Source: a bacterium
GTDB lineage: Bacteria > JADJOY01
Assembly: GCA_046331705.1 (NCBI GenBank)
Contig: JAXLQJ010000063.1
Coordinates: 1 to 40,820 of the forward strand
DNA: 40,820 bases
Direction of reading: 5' to 3'
Each line of letters begins with the position of its first letter. Positions within the stretch are counted from its first letter, which is position 1. Shown here in pieces: positions 19,201 to 27,425 of this stretch. The notes under the pieces are model-generated. The model had not been told where the DNA came from and did no database searches. It saw only the letters and a program-made list of their open reading frames with translations. A program made the position numbers and the translations under genes.

Positions 19201-20252
19201 AATTGCGACAGGTTGGCGAGCGCCGTCGCCAGCGGCTCGAGCGAAGCGGAGTAGGCGGGACCGAGAATGACGACGCGCGGCCTGGATCGGCCGTCGGGCC
19301 GCAATCCGACGAAGCGGATCCCGTACCTCCCCGGCGCTGGATCGATCCCGGCGGTGAGCCGAAGGGCCTTGCGCAACAGGAACGAGTCGACTCCGTACAC
19401 CGCGGTCTCGGGCACCAGGAACACGACGGCATAGTCGTATGGCGCTGCCGGCGGCCGCCGAGCGAGTGTGCCGGCACGCCGGTCGCTTGACTCAGCGCGT
19501 TTCGCCTTCCGGAGCACCAGCACGCCCGGCTCCTGAGCGAGCCCCTCACCCGCTTGGGCTTGGTCCTGACGGCGCACGTTTCCCGCGCCATCGACGTTCC
19601 AGGGAAGCCACTGGCCCGCGAGCACCAGTTGGTACGGCTTGAAGCCGGCGAGGAGCGCTTCGATGGTGCGGTCGAAACGCAGCTCCATGCTCGTCACCGA
19701 TGGGTCCGGGACGATCGCGATCAGCGACCTGACCTCGACCACGTCGGTGCTGGTTGCGGCACGGAAGCTCGAGTCGCGGCGTGGGGGTGGGCAGCTTGCG
19801 CGCATCTCGAAGCTCGCCCGTGGCGACGCGGCCGCGTCGAGCGGCCGCTCCGGGCTGCCGCCGCCGATCGGGGGCTCGCCCGGAGCGCTGGGGGGCAGCC
19901 CCGTGCTTGCGTCCTCGGCACTCGTCTCCAGCGGTGTCTGGATGGCGAGCTTCGCATCCATCGCACACGCCGATGCGCTGGGCGCGGGCGACCAGGCTCC
20001 GCGTATGACCTCGACGACCGCGGCGACGGGCCCGTCCGGGGGGCTGCGCTTGCTGGCATCTGCGGCCGGGGTTCCGCCCGACGAATCGCGACGCTGCTTC
20101 GCCGCGTCCGCTGCGGACGTGTCCTCGCCGGTGGCCACCGCCGCGCCGCTGCCGGGCGAACGGCCGCCGCCACGCGGCACCGAACTCACCCCGAAGAGGG
20201 CAAGCACCGTGATGACGAAGAACGACCCCCAGGGAACGGATTGCCGATCCAC
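16266..20252 (-). CDS. large uncharacterised membrane protein (~1330 aa): N-terminal anchor, ~600-aa soluble domain, ~10 TM helices
   Basis: Single long ORF; GGGAGG lies 6 nt before GTG 20252 (ORF track start 20267). Alternating beta/alpha segments ('LIAIVPDP', 'VVFLVPET', 'VVILGPAYSAS', 'AALIQETDTVYG') are followed by many hydrophobic segments. Confidence 0.8.
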   Translation of the reverse strand: MDRQSVPWGSFFVITVLALFGVSSVPRGGGRSPGSGAAVATGEDTSAADAAKQRRDSSGGTPAADASKRSPPDGPVAAVVEVIRGAWSPAPSASACAMDAKLAIQTPLETSAEDASTGLPPSAPGEPPIGGGSPERPLDAAASPRASFEMRASCPPPRRDSSFRAATSTDVVEVRSLIAIVPDPSVTSMELRFDRTIEALLAGFKPYQLVLAGQWLPWNVDGAGNVRRQDQAQAGEGLAQEPGVLVLRKAKRAESSDRRAGTLARRPPAAPYDYAVVFLVPETAVYGVDSFLLRKALRLTAGIDPAPGRYGIRFVGLRPDGRSRPRVVILGPAYSASLEPLATALANLSQFVGAPNGSVSDIRVVSTTATATAPIAWEKDSHRYQRVTPTFRDQTEALRGFLRTTLAPWTQEEDFPAALIQETDTVYGSAQLLQSRDGDRRWPATTFQFPRDLSVLRQASDASRGNLDNLSTDARFSLSQGVGFDMRERHLVSQGVPVISSHAAESYAGLLGGLGKSIRQHRLRAFVLAGTNEMDLLFAARVIRSDAPDARPITFNADTIWTRWSNIATLGGTLTINTHPLVDAPAEEEQDTRTPWPRYLASSGAYTVYEGVEYAMALMTADNPPTAITYHTPWGSWTGQDTPLWLSVLSRGSYWPVALLNETRAFADVAMTPRTHVEAKKDLGRPARVITPLPMAFWFLAMLVSAFALLLGVTGSVRHSWFRRHNGDAWIGWLVGLLQPLNVNWLLPTTASDADAEIDAVSVPAYRALACYQALGCLSLAGLLSCIAPLALSSTLRAPNGHVDLGSREELLWVLCVTALALTLMAAGRATWIALHGLRKGEGETRSNEFVTSERRAIGFLCFTAWLCFGVLAFGWRAILAHPAGAWRHDFLVLRSIHVESGVSPVLVIGVLCIPIYGWAWANGRRILLVACRRAELPWKNDGFTHALRPASATTLGDATREDLRVRRLASCVAHPLLEWRDTWIVIGGMLALTVGGSLAIPLTSLEGWGFDYLIVAMFALIAVFGIGAALRAWRTWQFLRSWLIRLESHPVRGAFNRLDPDVRGAPLWGSGKSRATLVTERRALELLVRIHELGSRRAALGAERRAAVATAFEALENLAAAEDSTIADERRAWFRAEAPRARRTYEAILGRETQALIDDVLSEPWCTGRVPAPAAAADGTSAAAPDPTSGAVVAQLVDLAEQLVATRWLRFVRYYLGHVRLQIEYAVAAFVAIVVALSVYAFAGVGTIRVAIVVLSATFAAFLATVLAQVDRDPLMSRITGTDANKLTADFLVRMATYGLLPAITVLMSFFPSLARVFAYFGQPFPR

Positions 20253-20522
20253 GCCGTGCCTCCCCACCAGCTGCGACTACGCGGCGCGACCGGAAGACCG
20301 GGCAGCGCGTGCCCGGACGATCGCTCCGCGCACCGAGGCAAACCGCGGGCCAGTCGCGACCGGACCCAAAAAGGCTGTGTTTTCCGGGTCCGATCCACGA
20401 GGGGCGGCGATCACCGTCTCGAAAGCGAACGGTGGTGAGGGCGAGTGTTCAGAGCACGGACGGTTCGCGTTGGATCCTGGGACGGGGCCGCACCCCGGAG
20501 ATGGCGCGACAGCCTCGCGTGG

Positions 20523-20538
20523 CGGCATCGCGCTTGCT
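20523..20538 (+). promoter_or_regulatory. candidate sigma-54 (-24/-12) promoter
   Basis: CGGCATCGCGCTTGCT has GG-N10-GC spacing with GGCA and TTGCT, about 300 bp upstream of the TonB receptor gene. A chance match is possible at this GC content. Confidence 0.3.
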
Positions 20539-20723
20539 CGTTCGAGCGGGCAGCTGCCGAAGCGACCACTCTGAACCCCGCGCCTTTCCCTGGGGCGGAT
20601 CACTGCACCCTGGCGGGTCGGGACGACGGGCCAACTCGGACTGCTCGGGTCGTTCCTCGGGATCGCGGTGCGCCGAGCCCGGAGCTCGAACCCAGCGCCG
20701 CGGGTCGCCGATCCTTTCGGCGC

Positions 20724-20749
20724 CCGCTTCGATTGGGGAATCGAAGCGG
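20724..20749. repeat. perfect 11-bp inverted repeat / hairpin in the TonB receptor leader
   Basis: CCGCTTCGATT-GGGG-AATCGAAGCGG. Confidence 0.6.
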
Positions 20750-20840
20750 CGCTCGTCACACGGAGGGCACCGATGCTCCTCGAATCCCTTCCTCAGGCCG
20801 TCGAGCGTGGGCCGGATCCGGACCCCGACAGCGAGCAGCC

Positions 20841-22913
20841 ATGAGACGGCTGCTGCAGCGTGCACAGCGCTCGTTCCCCCGCAGCCGCGCTAACAAACGG
20901 GCCTCGAGTCGAAGGCGTCTCGCGCTGGCATGCCTGATCTGGGCTGCGTCGAGCGTGGCCGCCAACGCGGAGGAGACCGTCGCCGCGCTCCCCACGGCGG
21001 AGGCGGCGTTCTTCGAGGACATTCCCTCGGTCTTCGCGGCCTCCAAGTACGAGCAGAAGGTGACCGATGCGCCATCGAACGTGACGATCGTCACCGCCGA
21101 GGAGATCCGCAACTTCGGTTATCGCACGCTGGCGGACTTGCTCGCGAGCGTGCCTGGCTTCTTCGTGACGAACGACCGGAACTACAGCTACGCCGGTGCC
21201 CGCGGCTTCCTTCGGCCGGGCGACTACAACGCTCGCGTGCTGATCCTCGTGGACGGGCATCGCTCCAACGAACCGGTCTTCGACTCGGCGAGCCTGGCGC
21301 GCGGCAGCACGATGGACATGAGCCTGATCGAGCGAGTGGAGGTGGTGCGCGGCCCCGGCTCGTCGCTCTACGGCACCAACGCGTTCTTCGCGATCGTCAA
21401 CGTCATCACCAAGCGCGGCCGCGATCTCGAGGGCGCGGAGGCGGGCGGCACGGTGGGCTCGTTCGAGACCTACGGTGCCCGGCTCGCCGCGGGATCGCGA
21501 CGAGCGCCGGGGTTCGAGCTCCTGACCGGCGCCAGCTACTTCGACAGCGCCGGCAATCCGAGGCTCTATTTCCCCGAGTTCGACGACCCCGCGACCCATG
21601 ACGGCATCGCCGACGACGTCGACGGCGAGCGCGGCCGGAACCTCTTCGCGAAGCTCTCCTGGCGGGATCTCACGCTCACGGCGGGCTACGGGGAGCGGAA
21701 CAAGCACATCCCGACCGGTTCCTTCGGGACCGTCTTCGACTCGCCGCGAAACCTCACCCGCGACCAGGCGAGCTGGGGCGACCTGAGCTACGCGGCAACC
21801 CCCGCGCCGAGCTGGAACGTGGCGGCACGGGCGTATTACGACCGCTTTCGCGAGCGCGGCGACTACCTCGTCGACTATTCCACGCCCGAGGCCCCGGCAT
21901 CCGTCCTGAACGTCGACGACATCACGGGCGAGCGCGTGGGCGGTGAGATCAATGCCGCCACCACCGCGCTCGCAGACAACCGTGTCATCGTGGGCGGCGA
22001 GTATCGCTACAACTTCGACCTCCACCTTCGAAACTTCGACGTCGAGCCGCGCACGCCCTACGTGGACATCGACAAGAGCACCGTCGACTGGGCGCTCTAC
22101 CTGCAGGACGAGTACACGCCGTGGTCGTTCGTCACCTTGCAGGCCGGGCTCCGGTTCGACCACCAGCAGAGCTTCGGCGAGCGCGTGAGCCCACGCGCCG
22201 CGCTGGTCACCCGTCCGCTCGCGGACACCACCGTGAAGCTGATCTACGGCGAGGCGTTCCGCGCGCCGAATCCGTACGAGACCGCGTATGCGCAGGGCGA
22301 GGACGGGCGTCACGCGGACCTGAGCCCGGAGATCATCCGCAGCTACGAGCTGGTGGCCGAACAGGCGCTCGCCGAGCAAGTGCGGCTGAGCTGCTCGCTC
22401 TATCACGACGAGATCTCGGACCTCATCGAGTTCGTCGGCGACGCGACGAGCGGCGTGCGCGTGCCGAGGAATCGCGGCGAGACCCTCGCGAACGGCGTCG
22501 AGCTCGCGGTCGAGGCCCGAACCGCGTCGGGCATCGGCACCCGGCTCAGTTACAACTTCGTCGAGACCGAGGACCGCGCCACGCACCAGCGGCTCACCAA
22601 CTCGCCGGCCCACCTCGCGAAGGCCAACCTGTCGGTCCCCGTTCTCGACGACCGGTTGGTGGTGGCGCCGGAGGTGCTCTTCACCTCGTCGCGCAAGACC
22701 CTCTCGGGCGGCGCCGTCGATTCGTTCGTCCTCACGAATCTCACCCTGCGCGCCCAGCGCGTGCTGGGCGGCCTCGGCGCCTCGGTCACCGCCTACAATC
22801 TCTTCGACGTGCGTTACGCGGATCCGGTGTCCGCGGAGTTCCGCCAGGACGCCATCCGCCAGGATGGCCGCACGGTCTGGCTCGACGTGGACTATCGATT
22901 CGAGCTGCCATGA
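20841..22913 (+). CDS. TonB-dependent outer-membrane receptor
   Basis: Signal peptide; plug motifs 'ASKYEQKVTDAPSNVTIVTAEEI', 'LILVDG', 'IERVEVVRGPGSSLYGTNA'; barrel end 'YNLFD...DGRTVWLDVDYRF'. Start is uncertain. Confidence 0.93.
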   Translation: MRRLLQRAQRSFPRSRANKRASSRRRLALACLIWAASSVAANAEETVAALPTAEAAFFEDIPSVFAASKYEQKVTDAPSNVTIVTAEEIRNFGYRTLADLLASVPGFFVTNDRNYSYAGARGFLRPGDYNARVLILVDGHRSNEPVFDSASLARGSTMDMSLIERVEVVRGPGSSLYGTNAFFAIVNVITKRGRDLEGAEAGGTVGSFETYGARLAAGSRRAPGFELLTGASYFDSAGNPRLYFPEFDDPATHDGIADDVDGERGRNLFAKLSWRDLTLTAGYGERNKHIPTGSFGTVFDSPRNLTRDQASWGDLSYAATPAPSWNVAARAYYDRFRERGDYLVDYSTPEAPASVLNVDDITGERVGGEINAATTALADNRVIVGGEYRYNFDLHLRNFDVEPRTPYVDIDKSTVDWALYLQDEYTPWSFVTLQAGLRFDHQQSFGERVSPRAALVTRPLADTTVKLIYGEAFRAPNPYETAYAQGEDGRHADLSPEIIRSYELVAEQALAEQVRLSCSLYHDEISDLIEFVGDATSGVRVPRNRGETLANGVELAVEARTASGIGTRLSYNFVETEDRATHQRLTNSPAHLAKANLSVPVLDDRLVVAPEVLFTSSRKTLSGGAVDSFVLTNLTLRAQRVLGGLGASVTAYNLFDVRYADPVSAEFRQDAIRQDGRTVWLDVDYRFELP

Positions 22914-23845
22914 GCCTCGAGCCGGGGGCGGCTCGGCGTTGGCTGCGGACACTGACGCTCTCCGCCGGCGTCGTCCTCGTGCCGGTGACCTGGGTCGGCG
23001 CGGACGGAACGGTGGCGGTGCTCGCGCACGGCGCAGCCGGACCGTACGCCCAGACGATCGAAGGGTTGCAGGCGGAGCTCGCCGGTCGAGGCGTGACGGA
23101 CGTCCGCACCGTGGACTTCGACCCCGCCGCTCCACGGCAGTCGCCCGCGTCCGCGGAAGGTGCCGCCGTGTGGGTGACGATCGGCAGCGAAGCCACGGAC
23201 GCGGCGCTGCGGCTCGATCCGCGCGTCCCGGTGATCGGTTGCCCGGTGCTGTCAACGGCGGCACTCGGCGGCAGCAAGCTCGCCACCGCCGTCACCCTCG
23301 AGTTCCCGATCGCCGTGCAGGTGGAGTGGTTGAAGCGGTTTCTCCCCGATCGCAAGAACGTCGGCGTGATGTACGAGCCTGGCCAGAATCAGCGGAACGT
23401 GGATGCGCTGGCGGCAGCCACGAAGCGCGCGGGCATGATCCTCGTCGCGCAACCCGTGCACGCACCCAACGAGATCCCGGGCGCCCTCGAGGCCCTCGAG
23501 CAGCAAAGCGACGTCATCCTCGGCATCCCCGATTCCCTGGCGCTCTCCCGGGAGACCGCCAAGACGTTGTTGCTGTTCTCGTTCCAGAACCGGATCCCGT
23601 TCGTCGGTGTCTCCGAGGCGTGGGCCAAGGCCGGGGCACTCTATGCCCTGGAGCGCGACTACGTGGACCTGGGCCGTCAATGCGGCGAGCTCGCCCACGC
23701 GGTGCTCGCTGGAAAGGCGCCGAGCGCGTTGCCACCGGTGGCGCCGCGGCGGGTCCGCTACGTCGTGAACCTGCGCACGATGGAGCACATGAACCTGAAG
23801 CTCGATCGGGAGCTGCTCGCGGGTGCGGACCGCACCTTCGAGTGA
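22910..23845 (+). CDS. periplasmic substrate-binding protein (ABC_sub_bind type)
   Basis: ATGA overlap with the receptor; signal peptide; 'FLPDRKNVGVMY', 'LGIPD', 'KAGALYAL', 'DLGRQCGELA', 'VVNLRT'. Confidence 0.85.
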   Translation: MSLEPGAARRWLRTLTLSAGVVLVPVTWVGADGTVAVLAHGAAGPYAQTIEGLQAELAGRGVTDVRTVDFDPAAPRQSPASAEGAAVWVTIGSEATDAALRLDPRVPVIGCPVLSTAALGGSKLATAVTLEFPIAVQVEWLKRFLPDRKNVGVMYEPGQNQRNVDALAAATKRAGMILVAQPVHAPNEIPGALEALEQQSDVILGIPDSLALSRETAKTLLLFSFQNRIPFVGVSEAWAKAGALYALERDYVDLGRQCGELAHAVLAGKAPSALPPVAPRRVRYVVNLRTMEHMNLKLDRELLAGADRTFE

Positions 23846-23949
23846 GGGATCTCGCGCCCGATCCCGATCCCGAGCGGAGCGAGGACAGCGGCGAGTGATC
23901 AGGTACCCGCTTCGTCAGCGGGCGGGGCGCGCCGTTCCGAGCGCGCTCG

Positions 23950-24777
23950 TCAGAAGCCCTTCCACTCGGGCTTGCGCTTCTCGAGGATCGAGGCGACGCC
24001 TTCCTTGGCGTCCCGCGTCGACGAGGTCATGGTCGAGGCCACGCACTCGTAGTCGAGCATCTCGTCGAGGGTGGACGTGAGCGCCTTGTGGACGAAGCGG
24101 CGGCCGAGGTCGATGGCCACGCTGGGGCCCGTGGCGAGCTCCTTGGCGTAGGCGAACGCGGCCTCGAAGTCCTTGCCCTCGGGCACCAGCTCGTCGACGA
24201 GCCCCACCGCTTTCGACTCCTCGGCGGAGAACATCTTGCCGGTCTCGACCATCATCAGCGCCACCGGTAGCGGCACGATCCGTGGCAGGAACCACGTGAC
24301 GCCACAGTCGGGGCTGAAGCCGCGCTTGACGAAGATGGCCGAGAGCTTGGCGGTGGAGTCGGCGAAGCGCCGGTCGCAGGCCAGCGCGTACGCGAGACCC
24401 GCACCCACGCACGCGCCGTGGATCGCGGCGATCACCGGCTTCTCGACGTCGATGAGCGCCTTGGTGAAGGCGGCGAACGGGCCGCCGGGCGTCTTGCGCT
24501 GCGAGCGCTTCATCGGGATCGACGGATCCGAGAGCCCAGGAAGGGGACGTGCCGCGTTACCGCTCACGAAGTCGGCGTCCCCTCCTGCACAGAAGGCCTT
24601 GCCCGCGCCGGTGAGGAGGATGGTGCGGACGTCCTCGTCCTCGCGGAGCTCGGCGAAGAGCTTCACCAGATCGGCGGCGAGCTCCCAGGTGACGGCGTTG
24701 AAGCGCTCGGGACGATTGAGCGTGACGATGCCGACGCCGTCGCGAAGCTCGTAGAGGTAGTGGTTGGGCGTGGTCAT
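23950..24777 (-). CDS. crotonase-family enoyl-CoA hydratase/isomerase (PaaG-like)
   Basis: 'TLNRPERFNA', 'AFCAGGD', 'KPVIAAIHGACVGAG', 'GFSPDCG'; ATG 24777. Confidence 0.9.
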   Translation of the reverse strand: MTTPNHYLYELRDGVGIVTLNRPERFNAVTWELAADLVKLFAELREDEDVRTILLTGAGKAFCAGGDADFVSGNAARPLPGLSDPSIPMKRSQRKTPGGPFAAFTKALIDVEKPVIAAIHGACVGAGLAYALACDRRFADSTAKLSAIFVKRGFSPDCGVTWFLPRIVPLPVALMMVETGKMFSAEESKAVGLVDELVPEGKDFEAAFAYAKELATGPSVAIDLGRRFVHKALTSTLDEMLDYECVASTMTSSTRDAKEGVASILEKRKPEWKGF

Positions 24778-24787
24778 GTCGTCAGTC

Positions 24788-25969
24788 CTATCGCTTGAGG
24801 ACGGTGGCGGTGCCGTTGCCGCCGAGACCGAGCGTCTGCGCGAGGCCGAGCTTGGCATTCGGCACCTGACGCGCGCCCGCCTCGCCGCGGAGCTGCCAGC
24901 CGAGCTCGCAGATCTGGAAGATGCCCTGCGCGGTGGTGGCCTCGCCGAAGGACAGGAAGCCGCCGCTCGGATTGATCGGCAGCTTTCCGGTGGGCATGGT
25001 CTCGCCGCTCTCCATCAGGCGCTCGGCCTCGCCGGGCGCGCACAGGCCCCAATCCTCGGGAAACGCGAGCTCGTAGTAGACCGTGTTGTCCTGCAGCTCG
25101 ACGAAATCCAGGTCCTTGGGGCCGACGTGTGCCGCGGCGAGCGCCTTCTCGACCGCCAGGGCCGCCTCGCTGTGATACGCGCGTCCCGACTTGGGCGCCG
25201 CGCAGGCGAGACCGCGCGGGATGCCGTCGTCGAAGCGCGCGGTGGCGACGGCGCTCGCCGCCACCCACACCGGCTGCGTGGTGTGCTTGCGCGCGAACTC
25301 CGCCGAGCAAAGCAGCACCGCGGCCGCGCCATCGCTGACCGGGCAGATCTCGAACAAGCGCAGCGGGTAGCTCACCATCGCGCTCGACATCACCTTCTCC
25401 AGGGTGAACTCGTCGCGAAAGCGTGCGTTGGGGTTGTGGACGGAGAGTTTGTGCGCCTTGACCGCGATCTTCGCGAGCTGCTCCTCGGTGGTGCCGAACT
25501 CCGCCATCCGCCGACGACAGAGCAGCGCCCAGAACGCGGGTCCGGGCATGCCGATCATGCGCTGGCGCACGAACTCGGGATCGGTCTTCTCCTCGTTGCC
25601 GGAGGTCTGGATGAAGCCTTTCGGCATCTTCTCGCCGCCGACGACGAGCACCACGTCGTGGGCGCCGCTCGCGACCAGCGTCCAGCCGATGTTGAAGGCG
25701 TTGGCGCCCGCCGCGCAGCCGGCCGAGAGGTTGTAGACCGGGATGCCGGTCGAACCCATGTCCTCGACGACGTCGTTGCCGTTGAGCCCCCAGCCCTTGC
25801 CGCCGGAGAACCGGGAGCTGGCGGCGGCCACCGCTCGCACCTCGCGCCAGGCGACACCGGCGTCGGCGAGCGCCTTCTCGACGGCGAAACGGCAAAGCTC
25901 GCCGACGGATCTGTCGTTGAACTTGCCCCAGGGATGGAGGCCGAAGCCGATCGCGGCGACGTCACGCAT
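24788..25969 (-). CDS. thiolase-family protein (SCP-x / lipid-transfer type)
   Basis: AGGAG RBS; 'SAGCAAG', 'VVGGEKM', 'CPVSDGAAA', 'INPSGG', 'GEAGARQV'. Confidence 0.92.
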   Translation of the reverse strand: MRDVAAIGFGLHPWGKFNDRSVGELCRFAVEKALADAGVAWREVRAVAAASSRFSGGKGWGLNGNDVVEDMGSTGIPVYNLSAGCAAGANAFNIGWTLVASGAHDVVLVVGGEKMPKGFIQTSGNEEKTDPEFVRQRMIGMPGPAFWALLCRRRMAEFGTTEEQLAKIAVKAHKLSVHNPNARFRDEFTLEKVMSSAMVSYPLRLFEICPVSDGAAAVLLCSAEFARKHTTQPVWVAASAVATARFDDGIPRGLACAAPKSGRAYHSEAALAVEKALAAAHVGPKDLDFVELQDNTVYYELAFPEDWGLCAPGEAERLMESGETMPTGKLPINPSGGFLSFGEATTAQGIFQICELGWQLRGEAGARQVPNAKLGLAQTLGLGGNGTATVLKR

Positions 25970-25980
25970 CGCAAGCTCCT

Positions 25981-26409
25981 TCAGACGACGGGGCGGTACT
26001 TCCAGGTGAGGACGGAGGTGCCGTCCTTGTCGCGGTAGAGCTCGTCGATCACCAGGCGCACGTCGCAACCGATCGCGAGCGAGTGGGGATCGTCGGTCGC
26101 GATCTGCGTCAGAACGCGCAGCCCGTCGCTGGTGTCGACCACACCCATGGCGTAGGGCTTGTAGGGCTCGTTGTATTTCGACGGTGGAGGCGGCGGATAG
26201 TTCTGGATCGCGACGCTCCAGAGCTTGCCTTGGGCGCCGAGATGGGCGTCCTCGATCTTCGAGCCCGCGCAGTCGGGGTTGTGGCAGAGCGGCGAGCGCG
26301 GGAAATAGGCGGTGTCACAGGTTGCGCAGCGCGAGCCCAGCAACCGCGGACCTTCGGCGGTGTCGACGAAGAATCCGTCGAGCCCGTGGACGGTCTTGGC
26401 ATCGCTCAT
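25981..26409 (-). CDS. DUF35 Zn-ribbon/OB-fold protein (thiolase accessory subunit)
   Basis: 'LLGSRCATC...FP...CHNPDC', 'GKLWS', 'PYAMGVV'; directly upstream of the thiolase. Confidence 0.9.
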   Translation of the reverse strand: MSDAKTVHGLDGFFVDTAEGPRLLGSRCATCDTAYFPRSPLCHNPDCAGSKIEDAHLGAQGKLWSVAIQNYPPPPPSKYNEPYKPYAMGVVDTSDGLRVLTQIATDDPHSLAIGCDVRLVIDELYRDKDGTSVLTWKYRPVV

Positions 26410-26413
26410 CGAT

Positions 26414-27400
26414 TCACCCGCCTTTCGCGGCCTTGGTGAGCTCGCCCAGGATCGCGACGCAATCGCCCACCACGCCGTAGCGGGCGTAGCGGAAGATCGC
26501 CGCGTCCTTGTCGGTGTTGATCGCGGCGATGGTCTTGGCGGCGGAGCAACCGGCCATGTGCTGGCTCGCGCCCGAGATGCCGGCGGCGAGGTAGAGCGCC
26601 GGTCGGGTGATCCGGCCGGTGAGGCCGACCTGGCGCGACGAGTCGACCCAGCCGTCGTCGACGATGGGGCGCGATGCGCCAGCCATGCCGCCGAGCGCCG
26701 CGGCCAGCTCTTCCACGAGCTTGTAGTTCTCTTTCTTGCCGAGGCCGCGCCCGCCCGAGACGATGATCTGCGCTTCCTCGAGCCGCTGGCCTTGGACGGT
26801 GGGGCGCTCGACGACCTTCACGCGTTCGGTGACGCCACTCAGATCGACGGCGATGGCGCGAGTCACAGGCGCCGCTCCCGCTCTAGCGGGTGGGGCGATC
26901 GAGACCGCGTTCGCCGTGACCGACACCACGCGCGTGCCGCCGCCCTGGAACTCGTACACCACGCGGGTGTCGCCGCCGTAGGCCGAGGCGGTGATCGCGA
27001 GCTTGCCGCCCGTGACGTCGGCATCGACGGCATTGCTCACCACCGCGCCGCCGAGGCGACCGGCGAGGCGGGGCGCCACCACACGGCTGTCGAAACCCTG
27101 CACGACCAGCAGCGCTGCAGGCGACTCCGCGCCGCAGTACTGGGCGAGCGCTTCGACGTACACGTCCGCCGAGAACGACGCGAGCTTCGCGTCCTCGATC
27201 CGGTCCAGGCTCGCGACCCCGAAGCGAGCCGCGACGGCGCTCGCGTGGCCACCGGGATCCGCGAGAGCCAGCCAGTGAAGCGGCGCGCCCAGGCCCGCAG
27301 CGGCCTTGGACGCGACGGTGAGGAGCTCTTCGGCGTCGACGGCGAGGCCGTTGACCGCCGGACCCCAGGTGCATGCGACGACAGCGTTGGACATGGTCAT
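26414..27400 (-). CDS. etfA: electron transfer flavoprotein alpha subunit
   Basis: 'LEEAQIIVSGGRG', 'GASRPIVD', 'QVGLTG', 'GISGASQH', 'AINTDKDAAIF'. Confidence 0.95.
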   Translation of the reverse strand: MTMSNAVVACTWGPAVNGLAVDAEELLTVASKAAAGLGAPLHWLALADPGGHASAVAARFGVASLDRIEDAKLASFSADVYVEALAQYCGAESPAALLVVQGFDSRVVAPRLAGRLGGAVVSNAVDADVTGGKLAITASAYGGDTRVVYEFQGGGTRVVSVTANAVSIAPPARAGAAPVTRAIAVDLSGVTERVKVVERPTVQGQRLEEAQIIVSGGRGLGKKENYKLVEELAAALGGMAGASRPIVDDGWVDSSRQVGLTGRITRPALYLAAGISGASQHMAGCSAAKTIAAINTDKDAAIFRYARYGVVGDCVAILGELTKAAKGG

Positions 27401-27425
27401 GTCTCCGATCGAAGCGAGCGGTCGC

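Noticed and set aside
20325-20392. c-di-GMP-I riboswitch-like 'CGCAC..GGCAAACC'
   Set aside because: It lacks the GNRA-capped P2 stem and the GCAAAGC/CTAA P3 features. The resemblance is limited to a few bases.
20253-20840. Cobalamin riboswitch upstream of the TonB receptor
   Set aside because: No recognisable GGGAA / GCCACTG / B12-box series is present on the sense strand.
23846-23875. CCCGAT short tandem repeat
   Set aside because: It has fewer than three full units and is expected by chance. It is not CRISPR-like and has no spacers.
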